Positions 28,300 through 37,909 of a stretch of DNA of 64,000 bases are shown here, piece after piece. The notes under the pieces were generated by a model that had not been told where the DNA came from, did not search any database, and worked only from the letters and a program-made list of their open reading frames with translations. Source of the DNA: Candidatus Caldarchaeum sp. (GTDB taxonomy: Archaea; Thermoproteota; Nitrososphaeria_A; Caldarchaeales; Caldarchaeaceae). The number at the start of each line of letters is the position of its first letter. Position 1 is the stretch's first letter. The DNA lies in NCBI GenBank assembly GCA_038831915.1, contig JAWBKB010000002.1, positions 32,001 through 96,000 of the forward strand. Direction: 5' to 3'. Position numbers and translations under genes: made by a program.

Positions 28300-29286
28300 A
28301 ACACTCGTGAAAAGGGAAGCTGAAACCGATTTTCGCTACGGCAAGCCTCCGCAAGAAAGGACTGTTGATGAACTTTTACAATCATGCGTGATAAGCTTTG
28401 ACAAGCAACGCGGGCCCACAAGCCACGAGGTCGCGTACTTGGTTCGGAAGATTCTAAACGTGGAGCAGGTCGGACAAGGCGGGACCCTTGAGCAAAGCGG
28501 GGAAATCCCGCAGTCTCCGGCGTTCTACCATTAATGGTGGGGGAAGCAACCAAAATCGCGCCTGTCTTCATGCAGGGCGGAAAAGAATACGTTGGATTGA
28601 TGGAATTTCACGGCGATGTGACAGATCAATCGATAAAGGAGGCTTTCGCCCTTTTCACGGGAGAAATTTATCAGGTTCCGCCTGTTCGGGCGTCGGTTGC
28701 GAGAAGACCGAGGATAAGAAAAGTTTACTATTTTGAGTTTCTTGAAAGAGATGGTAGGTACGTTCTTTTCCGTCTCGGATGCTCAGGCGGAACGTATGTC
28801 CGTAAAATCTGCCACGACATTGGAGAATACATAGGGGTCGGAGCTCACATGGAGGAACTGCGGAGAACAAGGGCAGGACCTTTCACCGAACAACGTTCCC
28901 ATGGATTTCTCGCACTCTACGAAGCAGTTGCCGCATACCGCGAGACCGGCCATGAATCTGCAATTCGAAACATCCTCGAGCCAGTGGAAAACGCGTTGTC
29001 ACTTGTACCAAAGGTGTATGTTCTCGACACGGCTGTCGACGCTATCTGCCATGGAGCCGACTTGATGGCTGCGGGCATTGCCAAGCTCGACTCAGACATC
29101 GAAGTAAACAGCTTCGTCGCTGTGATGACCTTGAAAAACGAATTGGTAGCGTTAGGAAAAGCTGTGATGAACAGTTCACAGATGATAGAGGCCACGGAAG
29201 GCCTTGCGGTCGACGTAACCCGTGTAATCATGCGGAAATCAACATATCCACCTGTTTGGAAAGGAGGCCTCCAACACGTCCATTAA
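28262..29286 (+). CDS. cbf5: H/ACA pseudouridine synthase Cbf5 (two exons: 28262-28490 and 28505-29286)
   Basis: DKQRGPTSHEV in one frame; KEYVG, YQVPP, GTYVR, LRRTRAG and PUA domain in another. Removing 14 nt gives GQGGTLDPAVSGVLP. Confidence 0.95.
28491..28504 (+). other. 14-nt BHB-type intron in cbf5 pre-mRNA
   Basis: GCGGGA-CCCU-UG^A-GC AAA GC-GGGG-AA^A-UCCCGC: 6-bp exon helix, 4-bp central helix, two 3-nt bulges. Cutting after the second bulge nucleotide restores the catalytic Asp codon GAU. Confidence 0.92.
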
Positions 29287-29322
29287 CTTAAAACATTACC
29301 AATCGCATGATTAACTAGAATT

Positions 29323-29411
29323 GCCGGGGTCCCTCAGCCTGGTAGAGGGCAGGCCTGGAGAGCCTGTGGCCCTTCTGGGCCGCGTGGGTTCAAATCCCAC
29401 CCCCGGCGCCA
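29323..29411 (+). tRNA. tRNA-Ser(GGA), intronless, encoded CCA
   Basis: Acceptor GCCGGGG/CCCCGGC, anticodon arm CAGGC-CUGGAGA-GCCUG, long variable arm GGCCC/GGGCC, T arm GUGGG-UUCAAAU-CCCAC, ends GCCA. Confidence 0.96.
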
Positions 29412-29578
29412 CATTTCACAGACCATCCGAACCAATGAATTTCATCAAATTTTCAAAGAGGGATGCAGAAACTAAGCTTCCATCAAAGCCGTCCAATCGC
29501 ATAATTTGATTTGTTTGCTGTCCTTTCGCACATCATGTCTGTCACGGTTATTACGTGCCTCTTTGATTTGTCCATGGT

Positions 29579-30070
29579 TTGTCTGGCTCCGTTCACCGCA
29601 TCGAAGCGTTGAAAAAAGCTCACAAACGTGAAAGGGGACACGTTAAGCTGGCGGAAGAGTATTTAGAAGCTGTTTATGAAATTCTGCAATCTAGGGGGAC
29701 AACGGTCAGGCCGGTGGATGTCGCCCGTGCTCTAAACGTGGCCCCGAGCACCGTCAAAAAAGTTATCACTGGCCTCTGCGAGAAAGGGTACTTGAATTAC
29801 GAGCCTTACAAAAGGCTGGACCTGACGGAAGAAGGTTTGGCAAAAATTCAGCAGCTGAAGCGTCGTCATGACACCGTTTCGAAGCTCTTTCAAATTCTTG
29901 GAATGAAGGAGTTGGACGCAGAAGTTGAAGCCGAACGACTGGAGCACAGCCTCAGCGAAAAATCAACCGCCTTACTCAAGTCACTGTTGGAAGCGCTGAG
30001 CAGCGACCCCGTTTTGTTGGAAAATGTTCGACGCGGAATGACCGCTACGGATGCTATCAAGAAAAGCTGA
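29579..30070 (+). CDS. DtxR/MntR family metal-dependent regulator
   Basis: EEYLEAVY, HTH DVARALNVAPSTV, LTEEG, RRH, EAERLEH. Confidence 0.92.
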   Translation: MSGSVHRIEALKKAHKRERGHVKLAEEYLEAVYEILQSRGTTVRPVDVARALNVAPSTVKKVITGLCEKGYLNYEPYKRLDLTEEGLAKIQQLKRRHDTVSKLFQILGMKELDAEVEAERLEHSLSEKSTALLKSLLEALSSDPVLLENVRRGMTATDAIKKS

Positions 30071-30147
30071 CGGAGCTTACGAAAATCGTATTAAATTCAC
30101 TGAAGCCGCAACGCAGTTTATCTATAAATACGAAAGATATTGGCTAA

Positions 30148-31545
30148 TTGCGAGTTCGATTGACGACGTTACTTGATTCGACACTTCGCGAAGGTGAGCT
30201 TTTCCGAGTTCTGAAACTTTCCGCTAAACTCGAGCTGGTTGAAAAGCTTGCGGACTTGGGCTTGCGCAGAATCGAAGTTACTGTCGATTATCCGCCGAGG
30301 ACAACAAGGGAAGACGTCGAACCGGTCGTCAACAGGTGCAGAGATTTGGGAGTTGAATGCGTCATTCATGGAAGAGCTGTCAAACAAGATGTTGAGTCGG
30401 CTTTGAGATATGATGCGGCCGGAGTGGCATTCTACATCGCTCCAACCGAAATTCATCGGCAGCATAAGCTTCACGGAATAAGTTATGACGAAGCTTTGAA
30501 AAGGCTCGCTGAATCCATAGACGCGGCGAAAGAGGCAGGGTTCCGCTACATCCGGGCGACCGTAGAGGATGCTTCTAGGTTTTTCGTGGAAAACCAAAAC
30601 GAACAACTAGTCTCAGCTGTCAAAAGTCTTTCACATGCTGGTGCAACATTAGTAAGCGTACCGGACACCGCGGGCCTTCTATCACCACCAAAAGCCGCGC
30701 ATTTCATCCGATTTGTCAAAAACGCTACTAACGTGCCGTTGGCCGCACATTTTCACAACGATTACGGCATGGCTTCAGCCAACACGATAGCCGCGATTTT
30801 GGAAAACGTCAACGAAGCCCATGTCACGGTGATGGGTGTGGGAGACCGAAACGGAATAGCGGACCTTTATGAAGTCGTCGCTGTTCTCGAAGACGTTCAC
30901 GGCGTCAGCCTCGGAATTAAACGGGATAAGATGAGCAGCCTTTACAGCTTCTTCGCCAAAGTCGCTGGCGTAAAGCTTCCATGGCGGCATCCGCTTTCCG
31001 AAGAATCACGAACAATAAGAGCGGGGGTGCATCAGGCCATGGCAGTTGAAAAGCCTGAAGGATACATGCCGACCAAAAAACTCGAACACGACGTCGCTAA
31101 TCCAGTTTTTACATTAGGCGTCTACGCCAGTCACCGTCTCGTGGCCGCACTGACAGGCCTTAATCCCAACGACCCGAGAGTTAGGGCGGCGACAGAAGCC
31201 CTCGCTCACAAAGCACGTGAAAAAAATGGATACCTCAGCGTTACTGAGCTGAACGAAATCTTGCTTAACACTCTTGGAATTCAGGTCGAAAAACAAACAC
31301 TAATGAAATATTTGAGCGGCGAAAAAATCTATGTCCTCGCAAAGTTGAACCCAAGGTACGACCCAAACAAGATTTACGAAGTGTTGATGTCCTGGGATGA
31401 AATCGAAGCAGTCGACGAGGTGTACGGAGACGTTGACATGATATTCGTCGCCAGGGCCAAATTTTCACATGACAACGTCGTCGAACGGTTCAAAACCGTC
31501 TTCTCAGAAGCGTTAGAAGAAGTCAAAGTCTACGTGGCCGACTGA
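30148..31545 (+). CDS. Homocitrate synthase/LeuA-family DRE-TIM enzyme with C-terminal Lrp/AsnC (RAM) domain
   Basis: LDSTLREGE, PDTAG, HFHNDYG, GVGDRNG, RAGVH; tail VDEVYGDVD. Confidence 0.82.
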   Translation: MRVRLTTLLDSTLREGELFRVLKLSAKLELVEKLADLGLRRIEVTVDYPPRTTREDVEPVVNRCRDLGVECVIHGRAVKQDVESALRYDAAGVAFYIAPTEIHRQHKLHGISYDEALKRLAESIDAAKEAGFRYIRATVEDASRFFVENQNEQLVSAVKSLSHAGATLVSVPDTAGLLSPPKAAHFIRFVKNATNVPLAAHFHNDYGMASANTIAAILENVNEAHVTVMGVGDRNGIADLYEVVAVLEDVHGVSLGIKRDKMSSLYSFFAKVAGVKLPWRHPLSEESRTIRAGVHQAMAVEKPEGYMPTKKLEHDVANPVFTLGVYASHRLVAALTGLNPNDPRVRAATEALAHKAREKNGYLSVTELNEILLNTLGIQVEKQTLMKYLSGEKIYVLAKLNPRYDPNKIYEVLMSWDEIEAVDEVYGDVDMIFVARAKFSHDNVVERFKTVFSEALEEVKVYVAD

Positions 31546-31961
31546 TCACGAACAAGTGCTGGAAGGGCGCGAGCTGCTTCCGCCCCGAAGGCTTTCACCA
31601 CGTCAGTCGCAGTAACTATTCCGACAAGCTTTTCGTCGGAAACCACGAGCAACCGCCTGATTTTATTTTTCGCCATTATCGAGACAGCTTCTTCGACGGA
31701 TGTACGCTCACCAACCACCACCACCGGCGAAGACATTACTTGTTTCACAGTTGTTCTGCGTGGGGAAAGACCTGCGGCCAAAACTTTCCTCACCAAATCC
31801 CGTTCCGTAATGATTCCAACAGGTTTTTCGCCGACCGTTACGACAACAGACCCCACCTCGGCTTGAGCCATGATACGGGCCGCCGTATAGACGGTTGTTT
31901 CAGGCGAAACGGTGACAACGTCCTGCGTCATTATGTCTTTTACCACAGTCGCCGCAGGCAT
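31530..31961 (-). CDS. CBS-pair protein
   Basis: VKDIMT, GIITERD, IRRLLV, GIVTATD. Confidence 0.92.
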   Translation of the reverse strand: MPAATVVKDIMTQDVVTVSPETTVYTAARIMAQAEVGSVVVTVGEKPVGIITERDLVRKVLAAGLSPRRTTVKQVMSSPVVVVGERTSVEEAVSIMAKNKIRRLLVVSDEKLVGIVTATDVVKAFGAEAARALPALVRDQSAT

Positions 31962-32037
31962 GACGATACTGTTGACGAAGCTTTCTAAAAGGTGTTTCAA
32001 ACGGTTTAAATCATGCTTTGCAGTTTAGCCGGAAAGA

Positions 32038-32316
32038 ATGAAAGTTCCGGCAAAAACCACAACTTACTGTCCTAAATGCAACGCGCATACTGAACATACG
32101 GTTGCCCTTTACAAAAAAGGCAAAGAAAGGTCTCTCGCGATAGGTGCGAGAAGACACGAAAGGGAGCTGAAAGGCTATGGAGGTCAGAAATATCCTATTC
32201 AGCGTAAAAAGTCGAAGACAACAGACAAGAAGACATTAGTCCTCAAATGTGTCACATGCGGTCGAAGCGTCATGCGGGAAGGCATCAGACTTAAGAAATT
32301 GGAGGTTGTGAGGTAA
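32038..32316 (+). CDS. rpl44e: 50S ribosomal protein eL42 (L44e)
   Basis: [21 protein letters not shown]. Confidence 0.96.
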   Translation: MKVPAKTTTYCPKCNAHTEHTVALYKKGKERSLAIGARRHERELKGYGGQKYPIQRKKSKTTDKKTLVLKCVTCGRSVMREGIRLKKLEVVR

Positions 32317-32516
32317 TGTCGGAATCGTGGAGCAAATACATTCCATCTCCGCGGTCGAGATTTCTTATCGTCAGTTGTAACGAATGTGGCAACTCGCAAA
32401 TAGTTTTCGACTCCGCGAAAACGGTTGTCAAATGTAATGTCTGCGGCGCGGTGCTGGCCCGTCCAAGCGGAGGAAAAGCAATCATATTGGGAAAGAAGGA
32501 GAGAACTCTTGAGTAA
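32316..32516 (+). CDS. rps27e: 30S ribosomal protein eS27
   Basis: PRSRFL, CNECGN, CNVCG, PSGGKA. Confidence 0.96.
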   Translation: MSESWSKYIPSPRSRFLIVSCNECGNSQIVFDSAKTVVKCNVCGAVLARPSGGKAIILGKKERTLE

Positions 32517-33279
32517 AGTCCCCGAAATTGGGGAGCTTGTTCTAGGAAGGGTAAAGGAAGTTAAGGACTATGGAGCTTATGTCGAAATCGAGGAATATCC
32601 AAGCTATGAAGGATTTGTCCATGTTTCTGAAGTATCGCTCAAATGGGTTCGAAACATCCGCGAACATCTCAAAGAAGGACAAAGAACCGTTTTCAAAATC
32701 ATCCGAGTAAACCCGGCCACGATGCAGGCTGACCTATCCATTAGACGTGTGTCTCAGAAAGAAAGAGTTGACAAGCTTCTTGAACTTAAGAGAAAGGCAA
32801 AAATCAAAAAAGTCTTTAAAACCTTAGAGGAAAGAAAATTTGACGCAGCTGTTCAGAAAATTTTGGCGACCACGTCCAACTATGAAACCCTCTATGGTTT
32901 GTTCGAGCAGATAGCTGTCGGACACGATGTTTCGAAAATCTTTCCCACTCTCGACCCGCTCGAAGCAGAGGAGCTGCGTAAAGCCGTCGAGCAGGAAATC
33001 AAGCTTCGGGAAGTTGAGGTAAAGGTAGATATGGTGCTTAGATGTGAGAGCAGGGACGGCGTAAAGGCCATACGTGAAGCAGCTGCAGCCGTCGAAAAAA
33101 TAGCTGAAACTGGAGAAACTGTCGAAATGAGGACTAAGGGTGCTCCCGTTTACAGCCTGTCCGTCAAGGCGTCGACCAAAGAAAGGGCGAACGAGCTGAT
33201 CGCTCTAGCCGTGCAGGTCTGCGGCGACGTAATGAAAAAGTACGGTGGTTTTGCGGAGCTTAAGACAAAAGAGAAGTAG
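32509..33279 (+). CDS. eif2a: Translation initiation factor aIF2 alpha
   Basis: S1 domain PEIGELV, YGAYV, HVSEVS, DLS; C-terminal GAPVY; canonical rpl44e-rps27e context. Confidence 0.94.
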   Translation: MSKVPEIGELVLGRVKEVKDYGAYVEIEEYPSYEGFVHVSEVSLKWVRNIREHLKEGQRTVFKIIRVNPATMQADLSIRRVSQKERVDKLLELKRKAKIKKVFKTLEERKFDAAVQKILATTSNYETLYGLFEQIAVGHDVSKIFPTLDPLEAEELRKAVEQEIKLREVEVKVDMVLRCESRDGVKAIREAAAAVEKIAETGETVEMRTKGAPVYSLSVKASTKERANELIALAVQVCGDVMKKYGGFAELKTKEK

Positions 33280-33598
33280 AGTTTGTAATCTTCTCCATTT
33301 TGAATAAGAGAGACCTTCTCCGAACTATGGTTGTCCTGTTTTCGACTCTTTGGTATTTTGCGTTGACTTCAACATCCATCGGCAAAGGCTCTTGAGATGT
33401 TTCGACGTCGAGGACCCTAGCATCGGAAGGAAAATCAACATGCCTACCTTTCCCCAGCTTCACCTCTATCCCAAAAATCTTAAAACCGTCCAGCGATTCG
33501 GGCGGGTTTTCCAAAATCGTTACACGGTATTTATAGACACGGGTTCTTTCCGACCGTGTCCTAGGGGTGGGCTTTGAAACGATTTTTCCCTTCTTCAT
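33260..33598 (-). CDS. Hypothetical basic protein
   Basis: 112-aa ORF filling the gap, ATG start about 20 nt downstream of minus-strand TTTATATA; no family recognised. Confidence 0.6.
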   Translation of the reverse strand: MKKGKIVSKPTPRTRSERTRVYKYRVTILENPPESLDGFKIFGIEVKLGKGRHVDFPSDARVLDVETSQEPLPMDVEVNAKYQRVENRTTIVRRRSLLFKMEKITNSTSLLS

Positions 33599-33661
33599 TC
33601 CAACCCATATATAAACATCAAAAAATAATTAAATTTATCTGTCCGCCGGCGTTATTGGTTT

Positions 33662-34405
33662 ATGAACGAACTATTTGTCTTCCTGGTTGCGTTTTTCGCC
33701 GCTGCGTTCGGCTCTGTATTAGGTATCGGCGGCGGAATTTTTTTCGTTCCGTTTTCGACGATGTTTCTTTCCTTTCCGCCTTCCAAAGCTGTTCCCGTAA
33801 GCCTTGCCATGGTTTTCACCAACGCTGTTTCCGCCACTTTCACAAGGTTTCGGCAAGAGTCGTTGCAAATCGGGCCAAATGCGTGGCTTGGGATTGCTGC
33901 TATTCCATCGACTTTGCTCGGGTCCTTGATAGGGGCCAGACTTGAGGCACAGACCTTCAGGCTTCTCTTCAGTCTTTTCGTTATATCTGCTGCTGTTTTT
34001 GTCTTTGTAAAGCGGCCAACCGTGTCTATTGAAACCAGGCAAAAAGGTAGGCTCGCGAGAAAACTGGCAGTGGTAGTCGCGGCGGGATTCGTTTCAACTC
34101 TTCTCGGTGTGGGAGGCGGTTTGATAATGGTTCCAGCTTTCATAATTTGGGCCAAGCTGGATTCACATCAGTCGGTCGGCACCAGTCAATATGTGACGGC
34201 GTTCGCAACTTCAACAGGCCTAATATCATACACGGTTCAGGGCTATTCCGAACCATTTCTGTTCGTGTTAGCCTCGGTGGGAGGATTTCTCGGTGGCATG
34301 GTAGGCAGCAGAATCGAACTAAGACTATCAGAAAAAAACTTAAGGAAAGTAATAGTTGTGGCGTTTCTCGCAATAGGCTCCTGTATGATTTATTCAGCCC
34401 TTTAA
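33662..34405 (+). CDS. Sulfite exporter TauE/SafE family
   Basis: Duplicated LGIGGG/LGVGGG motifs, about 8 TM segments. Confidence 0.9.
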   Translation: MNELFVFLVAFFAAAFGSVLGIGGGIFFVPFSTMFLSFPPSKAVPVSLAMVFTNAVSATFTRFRQESLQIGPNAWLGIAAIPSTLLGSLIGARLEAQTFRLLFSLFVISAAVFVFVKRPTVSIETRQKGRLARKLAVVVAAGFVSTLLGVGGGLIMVPAFIIWAKLDSHQSVGTSQYVTAFATSTGLISYTVQGYSEPFLFVLASVGGFLGGMVGSRIELRLSEKNLRKVIVVAFLAIGSCMIYSAL

Positions 34406-35157
34406 AACAACTGGATCACGGTCAGTAACGCAAGCGACATAACGAAAATCGTCAGCCAAACTTTCCAGCTCCAGTTGAGAACTTTTTCGCCGTCTAGCGG
34501 TGGAATAGGCAACATGTTGAAAAACATCAAGAAAGCATTAATCGAAGCCACTATTTCCAGCAGAAAGTTGTTGAGAACCTTGGCTAAAACAAACAGGGCC
34601 GTCGCTGCAATGAAGTTGAATAAGGGACCTGCGGCCGCGATTTCCCCTATTGTTCTTGGAAGGGTTAACCCCCGAATCACCACCGCACCCGGCATGATGA
34701 CCTTGAACGGAACAGGTAGCAAAGAGGTTATCAAAGTTACGAATAGTCCGGGTGGAAAGATTTTAAACTCCGCTGAAAGGCCTCTTCTAATCGCTGTAAA
34801 CTTGTGCGCTAATTCGTGACCTATGAACGAAGCGCAAAATCCTCCGACAAGAAATGCTAACGAGGTTATGGAAGCGGCTGCGAAACCAACCAAGCTGAGG
34901 CCAGCTACGGAAACGACCGCGGCTGCAATGGCTAGCTGTGCTGTCTCCGACTTGGTGAAAGAAAGTTGAGGCTTTGCCCCTCTGCTCACGTATTTTGCCG
35001 CCGCTCGTAATCTTATTTCTTCGGGACTACGTGTCTTGGATATGCCTATGCATCCATGATTTTCAGGCAGCCGGTGCGAGGAGCAGTAGGGAAGCCCGCA
35101 GTAGGTACACCGAAACGGAAGCATTTCGTCAACGCCGCAAACGCTACACCTGACCAA
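34402..35157 (-). CDS. AN1-type zinc finger fused to M50 (site-2) metalloprotease
   Basis: CSVC..PFRCTYCG..YCSSHRLPENHGC, then HELAH, AAAGP, FNMLPIPPLDG. Confidence 0.9.
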   Translation of the reverse strand: MVRCSVCGVDEMLPFRCTYCGLPYCSSHRLPENHGCIGISKTRSPEEIRLRAAAKYVSRGAKPQLSFTKSETAQLAIAAAVVSVAGLSLVGFAAASITSLAFLVGGFCASFIGHELAHKFTAIRRGLSAEFKIFPPGLFVTLITSLLPVPFKVIMPGAVVIRGLTLPRTIGEIAAAGPLFNFIAATALFVLAKVLNNFLLEIVASINAFLMFFNMLPIPPLDGEKVLNWSWKVWLTIFVMSLALLTVIQLF

Positions 35158-35229
35158 CCTTGCTTTAATAAAGCTCGACGGTTTTTATAGCTTGCTAAAC
35201 ATAAATACGTTAGACGCGTAAATTAGGGT

Positions 35230-35661
35230 ATGGAAAGTGCTCCTGACTGGGATGAATTTTTCCATAGGATAGGTCGGGAGGTTGAGCATAGGGTTCGCGA
35301 CGCCATTGAATATTCGATGAACCTGTTAGAGCCTTTAGTCGGCGATTACCGCAGGCCAAGAGCTGATTACACGGTGTCTTCTACACATGTCTACGTCGTC
35401 GTTGAAATGCCCGGAACATCTAAAGAAAATATCGAAATGCAGGCTGATGAAACTTCGATAACAGTTTCCGCGGAATACGTCATGCCAGCAGATGAATACA
35501 GCAGGCTGTACCCCTTCACCTATGGAAAAGGCTATCGAAGAACCATCAAGCTTCCTAAGGCAATCGACCCCTCCAAGATTCAAGCCCGTTATGAGAACGG
35601 GTTGTTGTATATCAAAGCTGAAATACCAAAACCCAAAGGTGTAAAAATCCAGATAGAATAA
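35230..35661 (+). CDS. Small heat shock protein Hsp20
   Basis: EMPG..KENI, RTIKLP, ARYENGLL. Confidence 0.92.
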   Translation: MESAPDWDEFFHRIGREVEHRVRDAIEYSMNLLEPLVGDYRRPRADYTVSSTHVYVVVEMPGTSKENIEMQADETSITVSAEYVMPADEYSRLYPFTYGKGYRRTIKLPKAIDPSKIQARYENGLLYIKAEIPKPKGVKIQIE

Positions 35662-37245
35662 ATGGCCCGGCTGTTCAAGGAGCTTGCGGTTCTCTGTGAG
35701 GAGCTGGAGTCAACCAACTCGCGGAACGAGAAGATCTCTCTCGTGGCCAAATATTTCCGTGGCTTTCTAAATTCAGAAGCTGAGGAAGCTAAAGCCGCTG
35801 CTTATCTTCTGGTCGGAATCACGTCAGGTATCAGACGCATCGGCATAAACATCGGGCCCTCAACCCTTTTCAAAGCCGTGTCAGAGAAGCAACTGTCTCT
35901 GGTCGATTTACAGCCGCTGACTGTGCTCGATGTCTGGACAGCCGTGCAGAAATCCATGAAAACTGCTGGAGAAGGCTCTTCGGAAACGAGGAAAGCTCTA
36001 CTTGCGAATCTTTTCGCCAGAAGCGACGATGTCGAACGTAAATGGCTTGTCAGAATTCTCATGGGCGAAATGAGACATGGGTTCAACGCGGGTCTGCTGA
36101 TTGAATCGGTGGCCCAACTCTCTCAGCGGCCCGTGGACACGGTGAGAAAGGCCGACATGTTGTTAGGTGACCTGGGAGAACTCGTGAAAAAAGCTTTGGA
36201 GAAAACGCTTGATTCCGTGAGTTTGACGATTTTCCACCCAATAAAGCCGATGTTGGCAGAATACGCCTATACTGTCGAAGAAATCATAAGTAAAACCCGC
36301 TTGCCTGTGTACATCGAGCCGAAAATCGACGGTGTGAGACTTCAGGTTCACAAAAAAGATGATGAAATCAGAGTTTTCACCCGAGGTTTGAAGGACATTA
36401 CCAGGTCTGTTCCCGACGTTGTGGAAACCGGGAAGACATCCGTTAAAGGCGAAACGGTCATACTGGACGGGGAGGCTTTTTCAGTCGATGACAAGGGCCG
36501 GCCAACGCCTTTCCAAGAAACGATGCGGAGGATAGGCAGGGAAAAACAAACAGAAGACATACTCAAACAGCTGAAACTGGTAATCAAATTTTTCGACATA
36601 ATCTATGTTAACGGAGAAGATAGTTGGAGCATGCCTTTGGCTTATCGGAGGCGAAAATTGGAGACAATTGTTGAGCCGTCTGCTGTCAACCCGGTAGTGG
36701 TCGCGGAAACAGCACAAACCATCATCGAGAAACTTCATGATTGGACGTCCATGGGCCACGAAGGATTAATGGCCAAATCCCCGAACAGCCCGTATGTTCC
36801 AGGCAGAAGGGGCGGTTTCTGGTTCAAGATGAAACCCGCCAAAACGCTCGACGTGGTGGTTATAGCTGCTGAATGGGGTCATGGAAGGCGGCAAGGCTGG
36901 CTGAGCAACTATCATTTAGCTGTGATAGACGAGACAACCGGCCAATTCGTACCAGTTGGAAAAACTTTCAAGGGATTAACTGACGCCGAATTCAAAAAAA
37001 TGACCGAAGAGTTGCTGAAAATTAAAACGAAAGAATTCGATTGGGGCGTGACGGTGGAACCCAAGGTCGTGCTCGAAATAGAATACAACGAAGTTCAGAA
37101 AAGCCCCCGGTATTCCAGCGGCTACGCCCTCAGATTCGCCCGGGTGAAAAACATAAGGTTCGACAAGAGCCCGTCAGAAGTCGATACCTTAGAAACTGTC
37201 CGAAAGGCATATGATCAAAGTATTGACACAAGAACATCCAGCTAA
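35662..37245 (+). CDS. lig: ATP-dependent DNA ligase
   Basis: KPMLA, EPKIDGVR, LDGE, EGLMAK, YVPGRR, LRFAR. Confidence 0.96.
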   Translation: MARLFKELAVLCEELESTNSRNEKISLVAKYFRGFLNSEAEEAKAAAYLLVGITSGIRRIGINIGPSTLFKAVSEKQLSLVDLQPLTVLDVWTAVQKSMKTAGEGSSETRKALLANLFARSDDVERKWLVRILMGEMRHGFNAGLLIESVAQLSQRPVDTVRKADMLLGDLGELVKKALEKTLDSVSLTIFHPIKPMLAEYAYTVEEIISKTRLPVYIEPKIDGVRLQVHKKDDEIRVFTRGLKDITRSVPDVVETGKTSVKGETVILDGEAFSVDDKGRPTPFQETMRRIGREKQTEDILKQLKLVIKFFDIIYVNGEDSWSMPLAYRRRKLETIVEPSAVNPVVVAETAQTIIEKLHDWTSMGHEGLMAKSPNSPYVPGRRGGFWFKMKPAKTLDVVVIAAEWGHGRRQGWLSNYHLAVIDETTGQFVPVGKTFKGLTDAEFKKMTEELLKIKTKEFDWGVTVEPKVVLEIEYNEVQKSPRYSSGYALRFARVKNIRFDKSPSEVDTLETVRKAYDQSIDTRTSS

Positions 37246-37311
37246 TATTCAGAAAACATTCGATGAAAGAATTCAACGAGGCTTTTATCGCGGCTTAGAA
37301 ATGCAGCCGCC

Positions 37312-37887
37312 ATGAGAGGGTTGGCTGCCACGCTGACAGGGTTGTGTATGCTCATCGCCTTCGGAGGGGTTCTAGCCCGCGACATCCTGTTCTCGCTTCC
37401 CACGTTAGAGTTTCAGTCCGCAATTCTGGCCGTCATCCTTTCATCGCTGTCTACATCGCTAACACCTTTGTCGTCCGCTTTCGGCGCATTCACGTATGTT
37501 CCGCCCAGTCAAACACCCGTCCAGCTTGGGATATGGCCTCTCATAGCTTGGATAGCAGTAGGCGTAATGGTAGGGCTGTTAACCCAAAAACCCAGCGAAT
37601 CGGTAATACCATCCCTCTTAACACCCACCATAACTTACATCTCAGTGGTGGGGTTGGCTGGCTACGTCTTACCCAGAATTCCTTCAGCCATAAATTGGGA
37701 AATTTACTTGACCAAACTAGCCCAACAAATAATATTGGAAGGGCCGCTCGACTTCGCCTTCCTTTTTGCCGTGCCCATTACATTCTCGCTTATCACGGCT
37801 TCCATGGCGGAGCTGGCTTCTCCAAAGCCAGTCGTCACAACCGTGAGTCGTAGAAGAAGGTTCCTACACTGGCCTGAAGAGGAATAA
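37312..37887 (+). CDS. Hypothetical membrane protein
   Basis: 191 aa, 4-5 hydrophobic segments; TTTTAT promoter-like element upstream. Confidence 0.65.
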   Translation: MRGLAATLTGLCMLIAFGGVLARDILFSLPTLEFQSAILAVILSSLSTSLTPLSSAFGAFTYVPPSQTPVQLGIWPLIAWIAVGVMVGLLTQKPSESVIPSLLTPTITYISVVGLAGYVLPRIPSAINWEIYLTKLAQQIILEGPLDFAFLFAVPITFSLITASMAELASPKPVVTTVSRRRRFLHWPEEE

Positions 37888-37909
37888 AAAATGATAGGGT
37901 TTTAGGGTT

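Noticed and set aside
28238-28534. cbf5 as a frameshifted pseudogene or sequencing error
   Set aside because: The discontinuity is exactly explained by a canonical BHB intron at the known cbf5 site.
29321-29509. 62-aa ORF
   Set aside because: Overlies tRNA-Ser(GGA).
29412-29578. Possible integration scar or sRNA downstream of tRNA-Ser
   Set aside because: No integrase, I saw no repeat of the tRNA 3' end, and no complete C/D box set on either strand.
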